Origin: a virus
Strand: one strand, 5' to 3'
Virus record (IMG/VR): IMGVR_UViG_3300026518_000007
Coordinates: 4,253-68,252 of that record
Length of the DNA: 64,000 nucleotides
Within the stretch, counting starts at the first letter, position 1; each line of letters starts with the position of its first letter. Under the pieces are notes generated by a model. It saw nothing but the letters and a program-made list of their open reading frames with translations, did not search any database and had not been told where the DNA came from. Positions 49,137 to 58,366 of the stretch are shown in pieces. The translations under genes and the position numbers were made by a program.

Positions 49137-49146
49137 GAGTTAGAAA

Positions 49147-49395
49147 ATGAGAGATGCTAAAGGTTTTTTTAATGGGTCATTAGTTAACCCAAGTGCCTTA
49201 TATAAAACAGGTGATGTTGTTAAGTTGTTGAAAGTATTAAGACATGATTATTCTATAACTAGTAATACTAATGATATTAGTAATTTACCAGTTAAATATG
49301 TTATGGAGAATTCACGAGGTGAGTGTGAGTTGTTAAATGTTCTTAATGCAATTATACCTAACTGTTATTTCCAACATTGTAATAAGGTAGCATAA
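49147..49395 (+). CDS. hypothetical protein
   Basis: AGGAG RBS; coupled TAATG. Confidence 0.6.
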   Translation: MRDAKGFFNGSLVNPSALYKTGDVVKLLKVLRHDYSITSNTNDISNLPVKYVMENSRGECELLNVLNAIIPNCYFQHCNKVA

Positions 49396-50195
49396 TGTCT
49401 GCCGTTAAGTATGCCTTAGATAGATTATCTTTAGAGATACCATCTGAGATATTGAATTTAGCTTTTATGCGTAAAGCTACAGTTTATAGCATACCTACGA
49501 CTTTAGAGAAACAGATAACTGATTTAGTTATAGAACCTATCGTTTTAAAAGACTGTAATCTTATAGGAGGTATAGAATTAACTATACCTGTTAATGGATG
49601 TAATGTAACATATTACGAACACGCTATGAATCAGAGAAACTTAGTCATAAGCGTTCCTTATGAACTTACTAATAATAAGAAGGTATTAAATGCATTATCA
49701 TTAACAGCTAATGTTACATATACTAATATGACTAATACATCTGGTAACCCACTTATTAATAGTGCTAATAATGTAATGTACCATATGGGTAGTGTCGGCT
49801 CGTCTACAGTTATAACTAACTTGGAGCTTATAGCGCCTAACGTTATATTAGTACATGATAACGTAATGGCTATAGCGAACGGGTTCCTAAGAATCATAGT
49901 TGAGAATAATAGTAACCTTAGTAATTTACAACCATCTTCTTATATAGCATTTTCTGAATTAGTAACATATGCTGTTAAAGCTTTTATTTATAATAAGTTA
50001 GTTATAGCTTTAGATAAAGGTGAGTTATATAACGGTCATGAACTAAGTAAAGTTAGTGATATAGTTGATGATTACTCCTCTGCATTAGAGGATTATAAAA
50101 CATTCTTAAAAGAGAAAATGGCTAAGATACTATTTATGAATAATTCGGTATCTATGTCTAGATATATACAAGGTATGGTTAGCCCATTTATTTAA
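49395..50195 (+). CDS. conserved phiKZ-like protein (gp49-like)
   Basis: ALDRL..EIP.EIL..AF, LELIAPN, AVKAFIYN, GELYNGHEL. Confidence 0.7.
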   Translation: MSAVKYALDRLSLEIPSEILNLAFMRKATVYSIPTTLEKQITDLVIEPIVLKDCNLIGGIELTIPVNGCNVTYYEHAMNQRNLVISVPYELTNNKKVLNALSLTANVTYTNMTNTSGNPLINSANNVMYHMGSVGSSTVITNLELIAPNVILVHDNVMAIANGFLRIIVENNSNLSNLQPSSYIAFSELVTYAVKAFIYNKLVIALDKGELYNGHELSKVSDIVDDYSSALEDYKTFLKEKMAKILFMNNSVSMSRYIQGMVSPFI

Positions 50196-50196
50196 C

Positions 50197-50238
50197 AGTG
50201 TATGTCCCATATGGGACATACACTATGTGTATTTTTTT
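50197..50238 (+). terminator. 28-bp perfect palindrome
   Basis: AGTGTATGTCCCAT/ATGGGACATACACT; T7. Confidence 0.8.
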
Positions 50239-50260
50239 AATCTCTATAGTTATATAGCTA

Positions 50261-50515
50261 TATATTATTAATATGTGCACATGTTCTTTTTAATATATAA
50301 ATATATTTTTTATACATATATATTACTATTGAACAAATAAATAAAAAACATCTTTTAGCGAAGATGTTAGGTTATAGTATACAGACAAAGATATACTATT
50401 ATTTGAATAAACTATTAAAGTTAATAACTAACCCTAATAAGGTTAGTTAGTATATACTCTAGTATAGTAGTAACTTTTTAATTCGAAAATAATTTAAAGA
50501 GATATTACTAATATG
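50261..50515 (+). promoter_or_regulatory. three stacked early promoter motifs upstream of chimallin
   Basis: TATATTATTAATATG at 50261, TATATTAC at 50319, GATATTACTAATATG at 50501. Confidence 0.7.
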
Positions 50516-50562
50516 AGAGTTAGGAACTCTAATAGAAAACATAACATTAAAAGGAAGTCCAA

Positions 50563-52374
50563 ATGGCAATTCAAAGAGGAATTAAAACAGGCGTAGAAAC
50601 AGAAGTAAATGTAGAACAAGCAACTGCAGCACAAAACAATTTAGAAGATATGTTCGTAGATGACCAACGTACAGATAACGGTGAGCAGTTTCAAGATTTG
50701 ATTAGTCTTGATAGTATCCTTATCTCTGATAAAGCGGATGGTGAAGTTTTAGAAGATGCGGGTAAAGCATTTTTGAAAGGTATCGAGTCTAAAAAGATTG
50801 ATGTTAAAATAGCAACTATTAATAAAGATGCATATGACTTAGGTTATTCATTCGTACTTATGTATTATAAAGGAAGTAATGGTAAGGTTTACTACTTCAT
50901 GTCACTACTTGAAGCTACAGGTCGTGCGCCAGTTACAGTTAAACAAATCATTGCAGAAATGAACATTAAAAACAGTATTGCTATCCTTGTAACATCTGAT
51001 GCATTTAATGATTATCTATATGAGCAAATTGAAAAGACTCTTAGAAAAGAGTTCAATGATGCACCACTTGTATCTTTAGAGGGCGTAGTTATCCCTACTG
51101 ATGCTAACATTGAGACAACATGCGAAATCATTGCTAAATATGGCCATGACCTTATCGCTCTTAAAGAGCTAGTTGAAACTGGTAAGGCTAGAGATATCAC
51201 TGCTGCTGATATTCGTAAAGTAACTTCAAACTCAAATCTTACACTTGATGTAATCATGAACACTGGTCTTACTATCAATAAGTTAGGTAGAACGGTTCGT
51301 ACAGATTTCAATGTTGAAACTAACGTAGTCCGTAATGGTAATGTTCGTGATTTTCACGGAACTAACTCTAGAAAAATGCTTGCTACAACTGCTGGTTATT
51401 TAGAGTATATCATTTCTGAAGATGTTATTCCATATACACAACAAATCAAACGTACAGCAAAACCAATGATTATACTTAATGAGTTCTTAGGTAAAGCTCC
51501 AACTATGGGTTATACTTTACTATCTCTTATCAATGCTGCAACATTCACTAACAGACAACAACTAAGTGCTCTTATCATTGAGAAAGATGCTGGCCCACTT
51601 AACTACTTGTTTAACTATAAAGGTGATGGTGCTGGTTTTGGAGATAAGCTATCTTTTAAAGACCCTAAAGCTAAACCTGAAATCATCAATGATATCATTC
51701 GTACGCATATCAGCTCTTCTCCTATCTTCGCAGTTGAAGTTGAATTATATGGTGCAAGTTATTCATATATGACTCCGTTCGTAGGTTTAAGTATTCCAAG
51801 TGCTACACAACGTGCTACTAATGATATCTTATCTGCTGCAGAACGTTTAGTCGGAAGTAAGTTTGAAACTAACGCAGTTGCAGCTAATGAAGGTTTCTTA
51901 GTACCTATTGGTAACTATGTAGATGCTGATGGTAATACAAGAGATATTCGTGAAATCGATACAACATTTATCGCTAAGTATACTAATGAACCAGCGTTGA
52001 TTTTTGAATGGATTTTCTCTAACTTACCATCTCACATTTGTGAAAGTCATACTGGTAAACAACCTTATATTCTTAAATTAGAAGTGATTGATAAAATTGC
52101 TACTATTCTTAACTTACAGGTTACTATTACTGGTAAAGCGGTACGTGTTCCACTACATGGTAGATTTGTAGAAGAGTTAGTACAAAAAGCTATGGCTGCT
52201 GGTTATGCTCCAAGTACTGAAGGTAATCCAATCGGTTATAACGATTTCAATAACTTACAATTTGTAGCGCAAGCATACAACGGTGCTTCTGTATCTAATA
52301 CAGGTTTCGCAGCACAGCAAATGGGTAGCGCAGGTTTCATGGGTAATTTCAATAACATGAAATATCGCGGTTAA
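50563..52374 (+). CDS. chmA: chimallin, phage nuclear shell protein
   Basis: GRTVRTDF, LVPIGNYVDADGNTRDIREID and VTITGKAVRV...RFVEEL align by eye to 201phi2-1 gp105; G/N/F-rich C-tail; high-expression codons. Confidence 0.88.
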   Translation: MAIQRGIKTGVETEVNVEQATAAQNNLEDMFVDDQRTDNGEQFQDLISLDSILISDKADGEVLEDAGKAFLKGIESKKIDVKIATINKDAYDLGYSFVLMYYKGSNGKVYYFMSLLEATGRAPVTVKQIIAEMNIKNSIAILVTSDAFNDYLYEQIEKTLRKEFNDAPLVSLEGVVIPTDANIETTCEIIAKYGHDLIALKELVETGKARDITAADIRKVTSNSNLTLDVIMNTGLTINKLGRTVRTDFNVETNVVRNGNVRDFHGTNSRKMLATTAGYLEYIISEDVIPYTQQIKRTAKPMIILNEFLGKAPTMGYTLLSLINAATFTNRQQLSALIIEKDAGPLNYLFNYKGDGAGFGDKLSFKDPKAKPEIINDIIRTHISSSPIFAVEVELYGASYSYMTPFVGLSIPSATQRATNDILSAAERLVGSKFETNAVAANEGFLVPIGNYVDADGNTRDIREIDTTFIAKYTNEPALIFEWIFSNLPSHICESHTGKQPYILKLEVIDKIATILNLQVTITGKAVRVPLHGRFVEELVQKAMAAGYAPSTEGNPIGYNDFNNLQFVAQAYNGASVSNTGFAAQQMGSAGFMGNFNNMKYRG

Positions 52375-52383
52375 TTATTATAA

Positions 52384-52422
52384 ATATGCATAGACTTAAT
52401 TGTCTATGTGTATTTATTTTTT
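52384..52422 (+). terminator. hairpin terminator
   Basis: ATGCATAGAC/GTCTATGTGT with two G-U pairs; T-tract. Confidence 0.7.
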
Positions 52423-52465
52423 CATCGTAATAAGTAATATGAATTAAATAAATAAGGATAGAAAG

Positions 52466-53014
52466 ATGGATATATATACATACGTAGAAGAGGCTAAGAA
52501 AACTGAGTCTATTAAACAACCACTTAAAGAATTAGTTGTAGAAGATACTGGATTAACGAATCGTATGTTGCATTCGATTATGGGAATTGTTACAGAGTCT
52601 ACTGAAATAATGGCAGCAGCACGCGCTAATGATAGAGTTAATTTTTTAGAAGAGTGCGGTGATACATTTTGGTATCTAGCTATTTTAGCAGATGAGTTAG
52701 ATATTGTAAGTGAGCTAGAAAATATAGATGATTTTGAACCAGCTGTTAAAGAGAGAACTGATTTATTAGATGTTTGTAAAAAAGCTCTATTTTATGGCTC
52801 TAAAGTAAATTTAGATGTTTTTAAACTAGAAACTATTAAAATGTATAAAGGCATTTGCTCATCTGTAGAGATAAATGGCGGAGATGTTGAAACTGTACAA
52901 CTTACCAACATCAAAAAATTAAAAGCTAGATACCCTGATAAGTTCACTGATAGAGATGCTGAAAATAGAGATTTAACTAAAGAGCGTGAGATACTTGAAG
53001 ACGGTCTTAACTAA
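52466..53014 (+). CDS. mazG: MazG-like nucleotide pyrophosphohydrolase
   Basis: GIVTESTE, EECGDTFWY, NIKKLKARYPDKF. Confidence 0.88.
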   Translation: MDIYTYVEEAKKTESIKQPLKELVVEDTGLTNRMLHSIMGIVTESTEIMAAARANDRVNFLEECGDTFWYLAILADELDIVSELENIDDFEPAVKERTDLLDVCKKALFYGSKVNLDVFKLETIKMYKGICSSVEINGGDVETVQLTNIKKLKARYPDKFTDRDAENRDLTKEREILEDGLN

Positions 53015-53026
53015 AGGACATATGTA

Positions 53027-54067
53027 ATGTATATAATATATAAGCAGATATTTGAAGAAGGTTATGTTAGAGAGATTTCTAATAAATTAGGTTTGGAATA
53101 TGCAGAATTTAATTCTTCCGAAGATAACCGTATACGTATAGCTACGAGTATAGCGGCCGTTAGTAGAGGTAAAGATAATGCTAATAGCCCTAAAAAAAGA
53201 TATAGTAGCTTATTAGCAGAAGCAGCGCCTAATATATCTATTAATGATATAGAAAAAAGTAATAAGACTATTAGTAATAAAGCAGGTAGACCTATAGAAT
53301 ATATTCCCGTTATCCTAGATGCTAGGTTAAGTAAAAAAGTAATAGGTGATGAAAATGAAGTATTCTATTTATTATCATCTACCGATATAGAAAATTTTGA
53401 TGAGCCTATACAAGTTTCTTTAGATGTATTCCTAAATGAGATAATGCCGTATAGTTATTTAGAAGGCAACATCCTATATACTAATCTAAGAGCTTTAGTA
53501 AACGCGGGTATAGACTATGAACTTATACCATATGGTGAAGTATATAATTATAGAGCCGTAGAAGTAAAAGCTCCATATTTTGTATTCGCACAAATAAGAA
53601 CGCATTCTAGAATATCACAGATAGCTCTTTCTGAAAGAGTAGTAACTGAAGATGAGTATTGGTTACCTGATGATATTTTAGTTAGGATTAAAGATAGATT
53701 AGATATTTCATTTATAGAAAACAATAATCTAAACTGTATAGGTTGTGAAAATTGTAAATATGGTAAACGTTTATTAGATGCTAGAATTATTGAAGATGTG
53801 GTTGATATATTCTTAGAATTATCCCCTAAATTAGTACAGAAAATAATGAAGCATTTAGGTTATCATAAAGAGATATATAATAGGTGGCCTAACCATCTTA
53901 AGTATAAAACATGGATAATGGGCGGTTATACTAATGACCCTAAAGCATGGGGACATTTCCTATTAGAGAGAGAAGTATTTCCAGATATCTGTAAATCATG
54001 GGTTCAAGCTGAAACAAAAATAACAGCTGAAGCCATAGGTGACATTATAATGGGCGATATAGATTAG
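53027..54067 (+). CDS. thyX: divergent ThyX-like flavin-dependent thymidylate synthase
   Basis: AAVSRG, PIEY, APYFVFAQIRTHSRISQIALSER (ThyX spacing with RHR replaced by THS), QAET. Confidence 0.65.
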   Translation: MYIIYKQIFEEGYVREISNKLGLEYAEFNSSEDNRIRIATSIAAVSRGKDNANSPKKRYSSLLAEAAPNISINDIEKSNKTISNKAGRPIEYIPVILDARLSKKVIGDENEVFYLLSSTDIENFDEPIQVSLDVFLNEIMPYSYLEGNILYTNLRALVNAGIDYELIPYGEVYNYRAVEVKAPYFVFAQIRTHSRISQIALSERVVTEDEYWLPDDILVRIKDRLDISFIENNNLNCIGCENCKYGKRLLDARIIEDVVDIFLELSPKLVQKIMKHLGYHKEIYNRWPNHLKYKTWIMGGYTNDPKAWGHFLLEREVFPDICKSWVQAETKITAEAIGDIIMGDID

Positions 54068-54101
54068 GTTTTCCTAATCTATATCGTATAACTCTTTTTT
54101 T
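54055..54101 (+). terminator. hairpin terminator
   Basis: CGATATAGATTAGG-tttt-CCTAATCTATATCG; T-tract. Confidence 0.8.
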
Positions 54102-54132
54102 CTTTTGAATAAACAAATAATAAGGATTTATA

Positions 54133-55086
54133 ATGTTAAATATATACGACGGCACATTAGGTATGCTGGCCAATATGGATAAAGTAGAGCACGAACTAAA
54201 TAAATATATATCATCTACTACTGATGATTTATCTTACGAGATTAAAGAAGATAAATCTAAAGTAGTTATCATCACTGGTAAGAATGAAGAAGAGAAAGAA
54301 TTACCTATATGGGGTAATCCATTAATCTTTAAAGATGTTAGAGGTAATGATGTCGTAGCTGTCGACCTTAGACCATATATGAAAGCTAAGCTGGACGATA
54401 TGATTGTAGTAACCGATATGCTACAAGATAAATATAATGGCATGATGCAGTTATATAGGTTAGTATTCACTAAGCTTATGTTAGATGATGATATAGCATG
54501 GTTATCATCTGTTAATCTTTTTATAGAAGAGTCATTCGCATCTATAATAACAACAACTACGACTATGATGACATTTGATAATTCTATAGCTGATAAAGTT
54601 AATATAATAGCTAAGCTTCATTATTTAACTATGGATGAAGAGGAGCTATCTAAGATAGAGGACTACATATATAGATTACCTAAGAGTGACATAAATGCTT
54701 TAGTTAAAGGAGACCTTAAAGATTTAGGTAATGCTTTAATAACTAAATTCAGAGCAGGTGAACTTATGTTTCCTAGTAGAACTATTGGTTCTTTAGTAGA
54801 GAATATTAAAGTACTGTTAGATACTCCTAGAACAGATGGATTAGAACCCGATTTATATTTACAGACATTAAGTAGAAGTTTCTATAGTATGGATAGTAAA
54901 AGTTTAAGTATAGGGTTTATAGAAAATAAGCCTACACTATTAGCTGTTCTGATTATGGTTACTACAGAAGGTATTAATAGTAAATCTAGTTTACGTAAAA
55001 TACTTAATAGTAATAAGCGCGCATGTAAGCCGAATGAAACAGCCAAAACATTAATGGAAGTATATAAAGACCAGATACTGAGTTAG
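54133..55086 (+). CDS. conserved phiKZ-like protein (gp52-like)
   Basis: LPIWGNPL, VAVDLRPY, ENKPTL pattern; near chimallin and PolB. Confidence 0.6.
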   Translation: MLNIYDGTLGMLANMDKVEHELNKYISSTTDDLSYEIKEDKSKVVIITGKNEEEKELPIWGNPLIFKDVRGNDVVAVDLRPYMKAKLDDMIVVTDMLQDKYNGMMQLYRLVFTKLMLDDDIAWLSSVNLFIEESFASIITTTTTMMTFDNSIADKVNIIAKLHYLTMDEEELSKIEDYIYRLPKSDINALVKGDLKDLGNALITKFRAGELMFPSRTIGSLVENIKVLLDTPRTDGLEPDLYLQTLSRSFYSMDSKSLSIGFIENKPTLLAVLIMVTTEGINSKSSLRKILNSNKRACKPNETAKTLMEVYKDQILS

Positions 55087-55120
55087 TAAGACTATGTCTT
55101 ACTAACTAGTATTCTTTTTT
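55081..55120 (+). terminator. hairpin terminator
   Basis: AGTTAGTAAGAC-tat-GTCTTACTAACT; T6. Confidence 0.75.
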
Positions 55121-55165
55121 ACCCGATTATTCTTAAATGAATATAGATTTTTAAAGGCGAGATGA

Positions 55166-57292
55166 ATGAAAAAAATAAGCAAGTATTTTAAAAATAAGCC
55201 AGAATTTTATGTGAATGATGTTGACCCAATAAGACATTATTTAGAAATAGGTAATTACTTTTTAAAAACTATGAAAGATAGTACATTAGATTATAAAGAT
55301 AAAATAAAAACTTTTATTAAAGAAATAAAAAGCTTTAAAGACCCTACTGTCTATTTTTACGAACGGGATATTAATGGTAAAAAGAATAAAAGTAAAACAT
55401 CTTTATCTTCATATATTAAATATGTTAAAGATACTGGTGATATCATAGTACCGTCATTTACGGTATATTTTAGTAAGGATAAGAAAGCTTCACTACACGC
55501 TGACTTTATTGGGAACAATATTAAAGAGCGCTCTAAACATAAAAAGCTTGCGTTTAAATACAAGATGAATAAGCAATTCGAACAATTCGAGTATCATAAT
55601 ACCATACAGAAAGTTAAGAAGATTTTTAATAACTCATTATCAGGAGCATATGCATCAGCGGGTACTGTTTTAAATAACCCATCTGCACATTATACATTAA
55701 CATCTATAACAAGATGTGTTTCAGGAATAGGTAATGCATTAAGTGAATCTATCATATCTGGTAATAAACATTATAAGGACCCTGATGTTACATTAGAACA
55801 TTTAGTAACCATAGCTTATTCAACTCCTACTGAAGAAGTTGAACGAGTCATACATAAATATAATATTCATATACCTACGGCAGATGAGGTCATGGCTTCA
55901 GTTATTAAATCATCTAGTAAGTATTGGAGGAATTTAGAAAAAGAGAGAATAATATTTGATTTTTTAAATAGAATAGACGGATTTAAAAGAGCATTTATTT
56001 TATATAGTAATGACATGTATCATTTTAGAACATATAACCCTGACTTAATGAGAGGAGTTATAGCAGAAGCTACTACAAAAGTCCTTATAACCAAAACAGA
56101 AGAAGAGTATGATGATATTTTAAACTTAACGGATGAATGGATTTATAATACTGCTGCTCTAATGTGTATTAGTGATTTAAGAGGTAAGAAAAGGGATGAT
56201 TTTACTTTAGTAGATAAACGTAATATGGCTTCAGCTATAATTGGTTTTACTAATACTATAGATAAGTATGGTGATATATTTAAATTATTTTTAGTAACTA
56301 ATATATTTCCAGTTTCTATAACCGATATTAAAGATATGGTTAGGGAAGCTATAGTATTATCAGATACAGATAGTACTTGTTCCAGTTATGGTAGCTGGGT
56401 AGATTGGTATTTTAATAAACCTACATTTAGTGATAATGGGTTAGCCGTTAGTTCAGTTATCATTGCGTTAGTTACACAATCTATGGACCATTACATTAAA
56501 CTATTTGCAGGTAACATGAACGTTAAGTATGAAGATGCTCAATCTTTAGAAATGAAGAATGAGTTCGTATGGGATGTTTTTGTTAATACTAATGTCTCTA
56601 AACATTATTTTGCTAATGTAGTATCTCAAGAGGGTAACATTTATGCTATAGATTTAAAGAAATCATTAGAGCGTAAAGGCGTTAACTTAATAGCGCCTAA
56701 TGCATACCAGCCTATACGTGATATGGCTGAAGAGATGATGATAGATATCATGAACACTACATTTAAAAAAGAGACGGTTCCATTAACTAAATATCTTAAT
56801 AAAGTATTAGAAGCAGAAGAGATTATTAAAGACCTAGTATATAAAGGTTCGCCTGATGTTTTAAAACTTGAAAAGATAAAGGATGCTAAAGGTTATAAGA
56901 AAGGGGAATTAGAATCTCCTTATACACACTATATTTTATGGAATAAAGTTTTTAAGCCATTATACGGAGATGCACCTAAACCTACATTTATGGCTGTTAA
57001 ATTTCCTACTACCATAAATAGTAAAAATGATATGAATATATTCTTAGATAGCTGCGATGAAGAGTTCCGTAATAACTTTAAAGATTACTTAACATTAAGT
57101 GGTAAAAGTGAGATTAAGGTTTTTAGACTACCGTTAATAGTAACGCACACTAAAGGTATACCTAAAGAGTTACTACCTATTATATCTACAGATAGGGTTA
57201 TCATAGATAATTGTAGAGTTCTTTATATGGTATTAGAGACATTAGGATTTTTTATAAAACCTGATGAAACTTTAACTAATATGTTAAAATGA
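55166..57292 (+). CDS. family B DNA polymerase, polymerase-domain subunit (phiKZ gp50-like, split enzyme)
   Basis: KIFNNSLSGA (motif B), VLSDTDS (motif C), KHYFA, KGV; no exonuclease or motif A seen. Confidence 0.85.
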   Translation: MKKISKYFKNKPEFYVNDVDPIRHYLEIGNYFLKTMKDSTLDYKDKIKTFIKEIKSFKDPTVYFYERDINGKKNKSKTSLSSYIKYVKDTGDIIVPSFTVYFSKDKKASLHADFIGNNIKERSKHKKLAFKYKMNKQFEQFEYHNTIQKVKKIFNNSLSGAYASAGTVLNNPSAHYTLTSITRCVSGIGNALSESIISGNKHYKDPDVTLEHLVTIAYSTPTEEVERVIHKYNIHIPTADEVMASVIKSSSKYWRNLEKERIIFDFLNRIDGFKRAFILYSNDMYHFRTYNPDLMRGVIAEATTKVLITKTEEEYDDILNLTDEWIYNTAALMCISDLRGKKRDDFTLVDKRNMASAIIGFTNTIDKYGDIFKLFLVTNIFPVSITDIKDMVREAIVLSDTDSTCSSYGSWVDWYFNKPTFSDNGLAVSSVIIALVTQSMDHYIKLFAGNMNVKYEDAQSLEMKNEFVWDVFVNTNVSKHYFANVVSQEGNIYAIDLKKSLERKGVNLIAPNAYQPIRDMAEEMMIDIMNTTFKKETVPLTKYLNKVLEAEEIIKDLVYKGSPDVLKLEKIKDAKGYKKGELESPYTHYILWNKVFKPLYGDAPKPTFMAVKFPTTINSKNDMNIFLDSCDEEFRNNFKDYLTLSGKSEIKVFRLPLIVTHTKGIPKELLPIISTDRVIIDNCRVLYMVLETLGFFIKPDETLTNMLK

Positions 57293-57313
57293 AATTAATT
57301 AAGGAGTTATAAA

Positions 57314-57883
57314 ATGGATATTAAAATCATTTATGTCGTAATGGGCTGGTCTAGATTAGCTAATACTAAAGTTACTAAATATTTACAAGGTAGATTAACT
57401 TCGTTAGGATATAAAGTAAAATATCCTGACCCTGACAAAGTAGTGTTTTACTCATTATCTAAATTATTAGGTATAGATGTCGGAGAAGTAGAGTCTGCCT
57501 TAAAAAGAGATGATTATTTTACCTTCTATAGTAAATTCACTAATATGGAAGATATTTTTAAAATACATAAAGAAGTATTATATACTTTACATTCTGATAT
57601 ATTCATTAATGCTATAATAGATTCTATTAAAAAATCTACTCTAGATAATGCAGTTATCATAGATAAACTTAACACATATTCGGAATATGAAAAACTAAAA
57701 GCTTTTTGCATTAATAACGATATAACTATTAAGCTACTTAACCCGCATTCAGAGCACGGTAATGAAAGAAATATTATTAATCATACATTATCACTAGTTA
57801 AGCCGGATTATAGGTTCAACGTTGCTGAGAATGACGATTACATGCTTAAGATAGATGATATAGTAGATGAGAATAAAATATGA
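57314..57883 (+). CDS. dNMP-kinase-like protein with degenerate P-loop
   Basis: GWSRLANT in place of GxxxSGK; VIIDK..SE, H..E and PDY..N match dNMP kinase spacing. Confidence 0.5.
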   Translation: MDIKIIYVVMGWSRLANTKVTKYLQGRLTSLGYKVKYPDPDKVVFYSLSKLLGIDVGEVESALKRDDYFTFYSKFTNMEDIFKIHKEVLYTLHSDIFINAIIDSIKKSTLDNAVIIDKLNTYSEYEKLKAFCINNDITIKLLNPHSEHGNERNIINHTLSLVKPDYRFNVAENDDYMLKIDDIVDENKI

Positions 57884-57910
57884 TGATACATACGACTTAT
57901 GCCGTATGTA

Positions 57911-58282
57911 TCACCAGACTCTTTTTAACCCATTTTCAGTTATATTATATTCCCCTATAACCTCTCCTTTAGGATTAGTTAATTTTATATTATTTATTCT
58001 ATCTTTATTAAGTTCAGCTATAAACCAATCGCTTTCGCTTATAACATTATTATTATTAGAATATATTTTAACTCTAACAAATAGAGGGTCGTTTTCAGTA
58101 TAGAAATCCCAGTTATCTAATCTATGTAATGGAGTATGCCACATAGCGATATCGTCAGTATTATATATAGTTTCATCTACTATAAACTTAAATTCACTAT
58201 CTAAAGATATTTGCCAACTAACTGCTATTATATCATTAAAACTATTGAACGATGCATAATCTTTTAAATAAAATTTAGCCAT
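57911..58282 (-). CDS. stand-alone Ig/FnIII-like virion domain protein
   Basis: AVSWQISLDSEF..IVDE..W..VRVK..SDW resembles the N-term of 27002-28840; start moved to ATG 58282 behind AAGG. Confidence 0.6.
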   Translation of the reverse strand: MAKFYLKDYASFNSFNDIIAVSWQISLDSEFKFIVDETIYNTDDIAMWHTPLHRLDNWDFYTENDPLFVRVKIYSNNNNVISESDWFIAELNKDRINNIKLTNPKGEVIGEYNITENGLKRVW

Positions 58283-58366
58283 ATTATTAACCTTTGTATA
58301 TATTTTCAAAATAACAGCTGTTGAATTAATGTTAATAGCTTGAATTTAACATCTAAAGGAGCCGAC

